Positions 34,996 to 46,396 of a stretch of 46,691 nucleotides of DNA are shown here, one piece after another. Position numbers and translations under genes: made by a program. Under the pieces are notes generated by a model. That model was not told the DNA's origin. It made no database searches and was given only the letters and a program-made list of their open reading frames with translations. Numbering within the stretch: the first letter of the stretch is position 1; the number at the start of each line of letters is the position of its first letter. The DNA is from Octopus sinensis. Lineage: Eukaryota. Location: assembly GCF_006345805.1 (NCBI RefSeq), contig NW_021834626.1, forward strand, positions 1-46,691, in the 5' to 3' direction.

Positions 34996-36466
34996 TGGAC
35001 GGACGGACCGGTTAAATTGGTCTGGTTCGGTCCGGACCTCCAAATGGAGAAGAACTGGGGCGAGATAACGACTAGGGTGGCTACTCTCACCCAGAAATGG
35101 GCTGAGAGAAAGCTATCCCTAAAAGGTCGGGCGGAGGTGGCGAACGCGTACATCGCATCCGTCATCGAGTATCGTCTGACCGTCGTGCCTTGTCCCGACC
35201 CTACCATCACCAAACTGGAACGTATACTCTTCCGCTTCTTGTGGAAGGGAAACGTCCCGATGGTTGGGCGATCCATTTGCTGCCAACACCCGCTAAATGG
35301 AGGGCTGGGCATGTCGTGGTTGATGATGCGCAGACATGCGCTGAGACTGCGACATCTCTCCGGCGCTTCATAGACAACGGTGAACAGGGGTGGTCGCCTT
35401 TTGTGCGGCGCGCTCTTTTCCGCAGCTTGTCTCCTTGGACGAACTACAGTCATGGATCAAGCAGAGACCGGGCTAGGCGAATGGCACCGCGAGTGTCGCG
35501 TTGCTCTCAGCAGCTCTGCCGTCCGGGATCGAACTTGTGCGACTCCATCACAACAAAGGCATTCTATAGAGGATTAGTGGAGGGGAGGTGCGACGGGAAC
35601 ACCTGACCGCCCTGTTCAGGACAACTTGCGGGCCGGGACCTATGAACAATCACCAAAGATCCCTGGCCTGGCAGTGCTATTGAGAAGCATTACCTGTTCG
35701 GGATAAGCTCTACAGACACGGTTTCCAGACACACTGGACTGACTTGCCCGAGATGCGGTCAGAGCGGCGAAACCGTTCTGCACCACGCATTCGTGCAATG
35801 TCCAACCATTTCAGACCTGTGGGCTTATGCTGAACGCTGCTGTCACGTGTGGGACGAATCCGCCTATCGGAACGAGTCTATCGTCAAATTGCTCCCCCCT
35901 TCCCTCAACCGGGAAGCCAAGGCAGTTTTCATCGTACTGGTGGCCATGGTGAAAGAATGTGTGTGGTGGACTCGAGCGAAAGGATTAGAGACGAACACTT
36001 ACCTCTCTGGCCAATCGTCATCAACTTGTTCAAGTACCACTTGAAAAGGAAGGTGAGAATGGAGAGGGAAGTTTTGTCTCGCGAAAGATTCAAAAAGAGA
36101 GGGTGAATGTTGCAAAGATGGTGCGTGTAGTAACGAAACCATTTGAGCATGATCCTGTAGATCGTAAAAAAGAAAGAAAAAGAAAGAGAGCATTTTGATC
36201 TCATGTGGTTATTTCCTCCCTGACTGAGGTTCCCGTGGTCTTTTCTGTAGGCTTTTCTTCCCACGGATGAACCCAATCTTGTTATATCAATGTTTATATC
36301 ATATTTCTGTGATACACGATTTCCTTTTTTTCCTTTTTTTCCTCCTCTCGATCCCTTTTGATCGCAATCTTACATTTATTTTCTTTTTTTCCACCCTCGA
36401 AAAGAAAAGCTCTGCATTTGTATTTGTCCCCTCTGTATTCAGCCCTGTGTGGCTAATAAAAGAAAG
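34996..36466 (+). mobile_element. Tx1-clade LINE copy 3, diverged subfamily, 5'-truncated after the RT core
   Basis: WTDGPVKL.WFGPDLQMEKNW...KLSLKGRAEVAN...GGLGM..L homologous to copies 1 and 2; 3' end followed by (TATC)n. Confidence 0.85.
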
Positions 36467-36497
36467 TTATCTATCTATCTATCTATCTATCTACCTA

Positions 36498-36720
36498 TCT
36501 TTTTTTTCCTCTTCCCCTTTTTTCCCCCTTTTTTCATTTCTCTTTTCTTTTGTTCCTTTTCCTTTTTTTTCTTTTCTTTTTTTTTGTTCTCTTCTTCCCT
36601 TTTCCGATCCCTCTTGATCGAAAACCTACACCACCTTTTTTTTTTTCATCCCCCAAAAGAAAAGCTCTACCTTGTAACTTGTCCCATCTGTGTGCAGCCC
36701 TGTGTGGCCAATAAAGAAAC
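36498..36720 (+). mobile_element. Tx1 3'UTR fragment with (TATC)n on both sides
   Basis: Ends GGCCAATAAAGAAAC|TTATCTATC. Confidence 0.85.
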
Positions 36721-36748
36721 TTATCTATCTACCTATCTACCTACCTAC

Positions 36749-36789
<41 letters not shown>

Positions 36790-36801
36790 CATCTATCTAC
36801 C

Positions 36802-36832
<31 letters not shown>

Positions 36833-37565
36833 ATGTATGTATGTCTGTCTGTCTGTCTGTCTATCAATCAATTTATCTATCTATCTATCTATTTATCTAT
36901 CTATCAGTCTGTCTGTCTTTCCGTTTGTATACCTACACATATGTGCACATCTCCATACATACATCCATATATCTCTATTCTGTTTCCATTCATATCTCTG
37001 CCTACATATCTATTTGCGTACTAATCTATTTATCTACTAACCTAGAATTTAATATTCCCCAGAATTTCCTCTCATTTTCCTCAGTTACTAAATTAAATTT
37101 TTATAATTTTAATGACCAATAATTCTCTTAGATTTTATTGGAATGGAAATAATTTCAATTCCGCAATAAATTTATGAAACTAAAATTACACAAAATGATA
37201 TCTCAACGTATATATTTGGATGCGTGCCTATGTGTGTATAAGTGTGTGGATGCATATGTTTGCGTGGATGTTTGAGGGAGCGTGCACATAGGAAGGGGTG
37301 GGCATGTGCGCGTGTGTGTGTGTGTGTGTGTGTGGTGTGTGTGTGTGTGTGTGTACCTGTGACTCTGCATCATTTCTCCTTTTATCCAGTTATCCAGCCT
37401 GCCAAACTCCTACACACCTATCTAACAATCTATCAAGCTATTGATCTACCTATTTATCGATCTGTCTGTCTGTATGTACATCATCATCATCATCATCGTC
37501 GTCGTTTAACGTCCGCTTTAGATAGACAGATAGATAGATAGATAGATAGAGAGATAGGTAGATAA

Positions 37566-37917
37566 GTTTCTTTATTGGCTACACAGGGCTGCACACAGAT
37601 GGGACAAGTTACAAGGTAGAGCTTTTCTTTTGGGGGATGAAAAAAAACAAAAGAAAAAAAAAGGGGGTGGCGTAGGTTTTCGATCAAGAGGGATCATAAA
37701 AGGGAAGAAAAGAACAAAAAAATTAATAAAATAAAAAATAAAAATAAAAAAAAGAAAAGGAAAAGGAACAAAAGAAAAGAGAAATGAAAAAAAGAAGAAA
37801 AAGGGGAAGAGTAAAAAAAAAACGATCAATAGGGATCGTGTATCACAGTGTTATGATATATGGTGTAAAGGGGAAAGCAAGTAAGGTTTATCCGTGGGAA
37901 GAAAAGCCTACGAAAAA
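37566..37917 (-). mobile_element. Tx1 3'UTR fragment with (GATA)n on both sides
   Basis: Reverse complement of the 29540-29915-type UTR. Confidence 0.85.
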
Positions 37918-37938
37918 GATAGATAGATAGATAGATAT

Positions 37939-38208
37939 GTTTCGTTATTAGCCACACAGGGCTAAACACAGAAGAGAAAAATTACAATGTAGAGCTTTTC
38001 TTTTAGAGAAGAAAAAAATAAAATTAAAATTAAAATAAAAAATAAAAAGGGGGGTAGATTTTCAATCAAAAGGGATCATAAAAAGAGAGAAAAATAAACG
38101 ATCAATAGGTATCGTGTATCACAGATATGTCATGATGTAAAGTGTAAAGGAGGAAACAGATAAAGTTTACGTGTGGAAAGAAAAGCCTACAGAAAAGACC
38201 ATGGTAAC
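37939..38208 (-). mobile_element. Tx1 3'UTR fragment
   Basis: GTTTCGTTATTAGCCACACAGGGCT...GTGGAAAGAAAAGCCTACAGAAAAGACCATGGTAACC. Confidence 0.8.
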
Positions 38209-38300
38209 CATGCTAGCATGGGTTGGACGATTTGACTGAAGACTGTTTGGAAATGAGTAACTCAGAATACTAGAAATTGAAGCCTTTTAGTTTTAACGTA

Positions 38301-38531
38301 TTAACCCTTTAGTGTTTGCATTATTCTGCCAAAATTAATCCTTTTTTTATCCACATTGTTTTGAACTAATCATTCATTAATCTTGTAGCTATGAGATTTT
38401 GATGAGGTAGCTGTTAATTTTTAAAACGACATTGTAGGGTTTGTGTGATAGACCAGATCTGGCCAGTTTGAACATAAAACAGGCAGAATATATTTGGCCG
38501 GATATGACTGGTTTAAATGCTAAACGGTTAA
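38301..38531. mobile_element. piggyBac-like MITE (second family)
   Basis: TTAACCCTTTAG ... CTAAACGGTTAA terminal inverted repeats with TTAA. Confidence 0.6.
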
Positions 38532-39025
38532 AGAGCACTCTACATTTGTATTGAGTACTGCAATTTATCACTCCTGGTAAATAAACATCATCATCATCAT
38601 CATCGTTTAATGTCCGCTTTCCATGCTGGCTAGCATGGGTTGGACGATTTGACTGAGGTCTGGCGAACCAGATGGCTGCACCAGTCTCCAGTCTTGATCT
38701 GGCAGAGTTTCTACAGCTGGATGCCCTTCCTAACGCCAACCACTCCAAGAGTGTAGTGGGTGCATTTACATGCCACCAGCACGAGGGCCAGTCAGGAAGT
38801 ACTGGCAACGGTCATGGAAAATCGTGTTTTTTTTTTACGTGTCACTTGCACACTGGCACAGGTGCCAGTAAGGCGACACTGATACATATATAGATACTTA
38901 TGTCTCTGTACCTATCTATCTTCTCAAACTATCTGTCCATCTAACCATCTATCTATCTATCTACCTACTATTTATCTCTCTGTCTAACAGTTGTCTAACT
39001 ACTTATCTATCTATCTATCTATTTA

Positions 39026-39059
<34 letters not shown>

Positions 39060-39469
39060 TCTATGGATTTATCTGTCTGTATGTGGCTATCTTTCTCTCA
39101 TCCTATCTATCCATCTAACCATCATCTCACCTACCTATCTATTTATCTATCTTTCTGTATGTACCTAACTCAATACATCTATCATCATCATCATCATCGT
39201 TTAACGTCCGCTTTCCATGCTAGCATGGGTTGGACGGTTCAACTGGGGTCTGGGGAGCCCGAAGGCTGCACCAGGCCAGTCAGATCTGGCAGTGTTTCTA
39301 CAGCTGGATGCCCTTCCTAACGCCAACCACTCCGAGAGTGTAGTGGGTGATTTTATGTGCCACCGACACAGGTGCCAGACGAGGCTGGCAGACGGCCACG
39401 CTCGGATGGTGTTTTTTATGTGCCACCGACACAGGTGCCCGACGAGGCTGGCAGATGGCCACGCTCGGA

Positions 39470-39831
39470 TGATATATACCTTTATACCTACCTACTTATT
39501 TATTTATCTATCTATCTATTTATCCATCTATCTATTATCCATCTGTCTTCCCATACACCTGCTTACCTTTCTATCTACCTACTTATTTACCATTCTGTCT
39601 TTCTGCTTATCTCTCTACCTACATATATATATATACCTATGCTGGCCATTGATAGAATTTTTTTTGAAAAATTTTCCTTTATTAGATATATATATATACA
39701 CCTATATACCTACCTACTTACCTATTTATCTATCTATCTATTTATCCATCTATCTTCCCGTACACCTGCTTACCTTTCTATGTACCTTCTTATTTACCAT
39801 TCTGTCTTTCTGCTTATCTCTCTACCTATAT

Positions 39832-39876
<45 letters not shown>

Positions 39877-40255
39877 ATGCTGGCCATTGATAGAATTTTT
39901 TTGAAAAATTTTTCCTTTATTAGATATATATATATACACCTATATACCTACCTACTTACCTATTTATCCATCTATCTTCCCATACACCTACTTACCTCTC
40001 TACTTACTTACTTATATACCATTCTGTCTTTCTGCTTATCTTTCTACCTTCATGTATATATATACCTATGCTGGCCATTGATAGAATTTTTCCTTTTTTA
40101 GATATATATATACACCTATATACCTACCTACTTACCTATTTATCTATCTATTTATCCATCTATCTTCCCGTACACCTGCTTACCTTTCTATGTACCTACT
40201 TATTTACCATTCTGTCTTATCTCTCTACCTATCTGATTGTCTACATGTATGTATG
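39470..40255. repeat. Degenerate ~180-240-bp tandem repeat, ~4 copies
   Basis: ATACCTATGCTGGCCATTGATAGAATTTT at ~39635, 39870, 40065; TATACCTACCTACTTA blocks. Confidence 0.8.
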
Positions 40256-40269
40256 TCTATCTATCCATA

Positions 40270-40332
40270 AGAAAAGCTCTACCTTGTAACTTGTCCCATC
40301 TGTGTGCAGCCCTGTGTGGCCAATAAAGAAAC
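40270..40332 (+). mobile_element. Short Tx1 3' end within a TATC-rich tract
   Basis: AGAAAAGCTCTACCTTGTAACTTGTCCCATCTGTGTGCAGCCCTGTGTGGCCAATAAAGAAAC. Confidence 0.85.
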
Positions 40333-40420
40333 TTATCTATCTATCTATCAATCGATTTATCTATCTACCTACCTACTTATTCATCTATCTATTTATCTAT
40401 TTACCTATCTACCTACCTAC

Positions 40421-40483
<63 letters not shown>

Positions 40484-41096
40484 CCCATCCACCTAAAATC
40501 GAACATGCACCACAAATTCCATCTTCCATTCCCTTGACACCAAATTATATTTCCACAATTTCAACAACAGATAAACTCGTTCCGACTTTCTCAAACAACA
40601 TTACTAAATATAAAAACCATAAATGCAATTATTCAAAGAATTTTCTTTTACAATTATTTTTTTCCTTCACAAACATTTTATATTTATTCTTAAAAAAACG
40701 CCATAACTACTTACACTTCACTTGCACCTAATTTCCTTGTTCTGTATCTTACCCACCATCATTCCACATTTCCCTTGCTTCGGTAATTCATTTTTTTCCA
40801 TAACATTTACCTTGTTAACATGCTAATTAATTTTTCCTACTAATTCTTCTAAGTTTTCTCTATAACTACCCATTGCTATTCCAACCCCTTTAGGCAGTCT
40901 ATTAATATTTATCATTTATATCGGTTCTCGTTTTCACAATCTCATTTAACGAACTTTATATTACATTCAACGTGTGAGTGCGTGCGTGTGTGTGTGTGTG
41001 TGTGTGGTGTGTGTGTGTGTGTGTGTGTGTGTGCATATATATTTTTTTTTTTCGGCATATTTGGCATTAGAATTTTTCTTTTGCCTTTATCTTGTA

Positions 41097-41284
41097 GGCG
41101 CAGGAGTGGCTGTGTGGTAAGTAGCTTGCTAACTAACCACATGGTTCCGGGTTCAGTCCCACTGCGTGGCATCTTGGGCAAGTGTCTTCTGCTATAGCCC
41201 CGGGGCCGACCAATGCCTTGTGAGTGGATTTGGTAGACGGAAACTGAAAGAAGCCCATCATATATATGTATGTTTATATATATA

Positions 41285-41332
<48 letters not shown>

Positions 41333-41745
41333 TGCAGGAGTGGCTGTGTGGTAAGTAGCTTGCTAACCAACCACATGGTTCCGGGTTCAGTCCCACTGCG
41401 TGGCATCTTGGGCAAGTGTCTTCTGCTATAACCCCGGGCCGACCAATGCCTTGTGAGTGGATTTGGTAGACGGAAACTGAAAGAAGCCTGTCGTATATAT
41501 GTATATATATATATGTGTGTGTATGTGTGTGTGTTTGTGTATGTGTGTTTGTCCCCCTAGCATTGCTTGACAACCGATGCTGGTGTGTTTACATCCCCGT
41601 CACTTAGCGGTTCGGCAAAAGAGACCGATAGAATAAGTACTGGGCTTACAAAGAATAAGTCCCGGGGTCGATTTGCTCGACTAAAGGCGGTGCTCCAGCA
41701 TGGCCGCAGTCAAATGACTGAAACAAATAAAAGAGTAAAAGAGTA
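41097..41745 (+). mobile_element. SINE family A with duplicated head/core
   Basis: Heads at ~41097 and ~41330; single tail. Confidence 0.85.
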
Positions 41746-42159
41746 TATATATATATATATATATATATGTCATAGGCGCAGGATTGGCTGTGTGGTAAGT
41801 GGCTTGATTACCAAACACATGGTTCCAGGTTCACTTCTACTGCATGGCATTTTGGACAAGTATTTTCTATTAATATTATAGCCTTGGGCTTACCAAATGA
41901 GTTACAGAAATATCTTAATATTTATCATCAAGACACTAACCCTTCCATGCACCACATGCTTCTGTCCTCAAAACCATGATATAACCACCTCCCCCCTCAA
42001 CCTGCCACTGCCGCTGTCGAACCATCAAAGAAAGACACCCATTTTTTAATTTCATTCGTTTGCTTATTTATGTCATTTTCAATGCGGCCATGCAGGAGCA
42101 CGACCTTAAAAGTTTTTTTTTTTCTTTCGAAGAAATCAACCCATGGACTTATTCATGGA

Positions 42160-42197
<38 letters not shown>

Positions 42198-42449
42198 TAT
42201 ATATATATATAATATATATATATATATAAGGTTGAGATGGCAGAGAAACGTTAGCGTGCCGGGCGAAATGCTTAGCGGAATTCGCCTGTCGTTGCGTTGA
42301 GTTCAAATTCCGCCGAGGTCGACTTGCCTTTCATCCTTTCGGGGTCGATAAATAAAGTACCAGTTTCGCACTGGGGTCGATTAAATCGACTTAATCCCTT
42401 AATCCCTTGAGTGAGGGCTGGTGAGCCAGAAGGGTGCACCAATCTGATC

Positions 42450-42518
42450 TTATATATATATATATGATATATATATATATATATATACCATATATATATG
42501 CATATATGCATATATATT

Positions 42519-42554
<36 letters not shown>

Positions 42555-42650
42555 TATGCATAATATAGGCATATATATATATATATATAATATATATATA
42601 TACACACACATATATATATATATACACATAATATATGCATAATATATAGC

Positions 42651-42681
<31 letters not shown>

Positions 42682-42697
42682 TATATATGCCTATATA

Positions 42698-42745
<48 letters not shown>

Positions 42746-42800
42746 TATATGCATATATATGCATATAATATATCTATATATATATAGATATAGATATATA
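42450..42800. repeat. (TA)n microsatellite with ATGCAT interruptions
   Basis: Directly visible. Confidence 0.95.
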
Positions 42801-42832
42801 TTCGCGAGAAATAAGCAACAAGAATGGATAGG

Positions 42833-42924
42833 TTTTAGTACAATCGTTTCATACAAGGACAGGCTTTATTAAATGTTGCAAAAAATTACAGCATATAAAC
42901 GTGTCCCGTACTCATCAGCTAAAA
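42833..42924 (-). ncRNA. Type-I minimal hammerhead ribozyme
   Basis: Minus: TTTTAG-CTGATGA-GTACGGGAC..(42 nt)..GTCCTTGTAT-GAAAC-GATT-GTA^CTAAAA; stems I, II and a minimal stem III all pair; predicted cleavage between 42839 and 42838. Confidence 0.8.
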
Positions 42925-43372
42925 GCATGTGGAGTCTCTAGACATCCTAGTGGTTGAGGCTATACTCATGAAGTAATGTAGATAATTAAGTACATAAACA
43001 GATTTCCCAAAGTTCATTAAAGTTTCTTTAAAGATGATGTACAGTCTTATCACAGAATTTAAAAAAGTTTTAATAGCATCACAGAGAAGATGACCTAATC
43101 CATAGTGCACATATGAATTCCAGATATGAGGAGGGATTACATACTCACAGACGACAAATTTATCCATTGTTAATCACAACGAGGTGGGTCTCAATTTCCT
43201 GCTTATTAGCATTACAGAGAGGGTGAATTAATCCTTTTGTATAGATGCACAATTCCAATGGTGTAGATGTAAATTTCCAGAGAAATGAAGAGGAATTTCA
43301 TATTCACAGGCGTATGTACAATTGTACATACAATTGTACATACAATTAATTGTGCATACAATTAATTTTCTA

Positions 43373-43650
43373 GCCAGAGTTAGAAATCACATCTCGTCTT
43401 TTAAATACGTCATAAAGCTGGTACCACCACACTTTCAAACAAAATCTGGGAACTCAAAAATAATAATAATAATTTAACCTTAATTGGAGAAATAGTTAGG
43501 AGAGCAATTCCGTATAAAAATAGTAGGGTTGGTTGCCAACTATGCTCCATGGAGACGTATGAAATTCTAAAGCATAGAAAGCATAGAAACTTATTGAATA
43601 ACCATATCGAACTAGGTCAAGTTTGTGTCCACGCTAAATTGAGACTTTAA
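43373..43650 (+). pseudogene. C-terminal part of a Penelope-like GIY-YIG endonuclease (one frameshift near 43405)
   Basis: ARVRNHISSFKY/RHKAGTTTLSNKIWELKNNNNNLTLIGEIVRRAIPYKNSRVGCQLCSMETYEIL...NLLNNHIELGQVCVHAKLRL* fits the PLE pattern NH.SSF...T.LS..IW.LK...C.LC..E..I...LN...E...C.H. Confidence 0.75.
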
Positions 43651-45102
43651 AATATTTTAAATGATGAGAATATTCGTAACTAGATAGATAGATAGATATA
43701 ACTTGATTTTTACTAGTATAGCACTGCTTTAAGTAGATAACTAAGAGTTCTCACGCTACAGTTATCTTTTTCCTTATATCTGCATCAGTTTTGAGACAGG
43801 GAAATGAATAGTACTTATACGCTGCTTAATTGAGGCTTTATTTAATTTCAAACTCATAATTTTAAATCTTAATTTAAATCTTAATTGTAATTTTTAATTT
43901 AATTCTTAACTTAATCTAATTTAAGTAGCATAAATTTAATAAAATAAAAATGAGTTACTAAAGCCCCATAATTCTATTTCAAAATTAAATAAATAAGGCT
44001 ACTCCTCGGTGTGAATATGATTATCTTCATTATGATAGACAATTCCCTAAACCTTGTAATGATCTTCTAAGATTTGACCTGTAGTCCGTCAATGTATGAA
44101 TAATAACGGCAACTCCTTAAGACAATAAAAGGAATAAATGAAATAATAAATTTTAATGACTTTTTGATAAGATTATACTTAGATTTTCCTAATTGTATTT
44201 CTTTTGATTTAGCTTCTGACTCCTAAACCCTGACCGTGTTATCTCTTTAGATTCTCTTTAAATTCATAGCTGATTTCAACAGCAATAAATTAGCTGTTTT
44301 ACTGGTCAAAGAATAGTATTCTCCTCTAGTTCCTAGATGCCTGTAATTAAACCAGACTTGCCGTCTACTAATTATTCTGTATAACTAGAACCCTCTTTTT
44401 TTCTTTTTTTTTTTTTCCCTTCTTCCCTATTTCTTTCTCTTTTCTCTTTTTTTTTTCTTCTTATTCTCTTTTTCCTTTTCTCTTCTCTTTTAGTCCCCCT
44501 CCCCCCCCTTTGCTCCCTCCTCCTTTATTTTCTCTCTTTCTTCTCTTCCCTCCCCTTTTCTGTTCTTTGCATCTCTAGAAAGCCCTTCAGCCTTTAAAAG
44601 TTAAATAGCTACAGCCTCTTGTAAATAGCAGTAATGTGATTAAGTGGCAAATACCTAATCATATAACAAGAATTGATACCTACCTCATTGTGTTCAACCA
44701 TTGATAAATTTATCGCCTGTGGAATATGAAATTCCTCTTCATTTTCTGGAAATTTACATCTACACCTTGGAAATTGTGCATCTATACAAAGGATTAATTC
44801 ACCCTCTCTGTAATGCTAATAAGCAGGAATTGAGACCCACTCGTTGTGATTAACAATGGATAAATTTGTCGTCTGTGAGTATGTAATCCCTCCTCATTAT
44901 CTCTGGAAATTCATATGTGCACTATGGATTAGGTCACCTTCTCTGTGATGCTATTAAAACTTTTTTAAAATTCTGTGATAAGACTGTACATCATCTTTAA
45001 AGAACTTTAATGAACTTTGGAAATCTGTTTATGTTACTTAATTATCTACATTACTTCATGAGTATAGCCTAACCACTAGGATGTCTAGAGAACTCACATG
45101 TA

Positions 45103-45194
45103 TTTTAGCTGATTGAGTACGGGACACGTTTATATGCTGTAATTTTTGCAACATTTAATAAAGCCTGTCCTTGTATGAAACGATTGTACTAAAA
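45103..45194 (+). ncRNA. Hammerhead ribozyme copy with a 1-nt insertion in the core (CTGATTGA)
   Basis: TTTTAG-CTGATTGA-GTACGGGAC...GTCCTTGTAT-GAAAC-GATT-GTA-CTAAAA. Confidence 0.65.
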
Positions 45195-45345
45195 ACCTAT
45201 CCATTCTTGTTGCTTATTTCTCGCTTATAATCACCCCACATTACTGTATTGTTAAAACAGTATAGTTTTTTTGGTGCATCTAAGTTAGGGTACCATATTC
45301 AAGTAAATTCATTTAAATTAACTTGAATCTTTATGCTTTTTGAGT

Positions 45346-45382
45346 ATATATATATATATTACCACATATATATGCATGTATA

Positions 45383-45418
<36 letters not shown>

Positions 45419-45700
45419 TATATGCATATATATATATATATGCATATATGCTATATATATAATATGCATATATGCATATATATATATATATGCATATATA
45501 TATATATATATATATATATGCATATTATATATATATATGCATATATATATATATATGCATATATATATATATAATATATATAATATATATATGCATATAT
45601 ATATATATATATATGCATATATATATATATATATATGCATATATATATATATATATTATGCATATATATATATATGCATATATATATGTATATATATACG

Positions 45701-45738
<38 letters not shown>

Positions 45739-45740
45739 GT
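45346..45740. repeat. (TA)n microsatellite with ATGCAT interruptions
   Basis: Directly visible. Confidence 0.95.
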
Positions 45741-45969
45741 GTGTATGTGTGTGTGTTTATATGAACAGACATATTAGTGTTCCACTTCTCACAGATGCAT
45801 CTTTGTTAAATGGGTTACAGAAATATCTTAATATCTATCGTCACAGACACTAACCCTTCCCACACCAACATGCTTCTTTCCTCAAAACCATGATATAACC
45901 CCCTCCCCCCTCAACCTGCACTGCCGCTGTCGAAACCATCAAAGAAAGACACCCATTTTTCAATTCATT

Positions 45970-46175
45970 CTCTTTTACTCTGTTACTTGTTTCAGTCATT
46001 GACTGCATCCATGCTGGAGCACCGCCTTAATCGAGCAAATCAACCCCGGGACTTATTCTTTGTAAGCCCAGTACTTATCTATCAGTCTCCTTGCAGAAAC
46101 TGCTAAGTGACGGGGACGTAAGCACACCAGCATCGGTTGTCAAGCGATGTTGGGGGGACCAACACAGACACACAA

Positions 46176-46233
<58 letters not shown>

Positions 46234-46396
46234 GACAGGCTTCTTTCAGTTTTGTCTACCAAATCCACTCACAAGGCATTGGTCGGCCCGGAGCTATAGC
46301 AGAAGACACTTGCCCAAGATGCCACGCAGTGGGACTGAACCCGCAACCATGTGGTTGGTTAGCAAGCTACTTACCACACAGCCACTCCTGCGCCTA
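45970..46396 (-). mobile_element. SINE family A inserted into a locally duplicated segment
   Basis: Full tail-to-head copy; the flanks join up as in the uninterrupted paralogue near 42057. Confidence 0.8.

Larger units (their letters stand above)
42804..45224 (+). mobile_element. Penelope-like retroelement remnant with inverted pseudo-LTR arms (42804-43312 / 44714-45224)
   Basis: ~510-bp inverted arms, a hammerhead motif in each arm, GIY-YIG C-terminus in the spacer, TA microsatellites on both flanks. Confidence 0.8.

Noticed and set aside
40500-40970. A/C-rich stretch after (TATC)n as a Tx1 ORF1 remnant
   Set aside because: Similar in composition only; no alignable homology to 24707-25400.
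42919-43167. ORF MDKFVVCEY...LGHLLCD as a GPCR or host exon
   Set aside because: It lies wholly within the inverted arm, is disrupted in the other arm, and the GPCR resemblance is only about 6 residues.
43950-44395. Alternative-genetic-code ORF, or PLE RT (YSYIDG on the minus strand), in the spacer
   Set aside because: Multiple stops in all frames and no other RT motifs; too weak to call.
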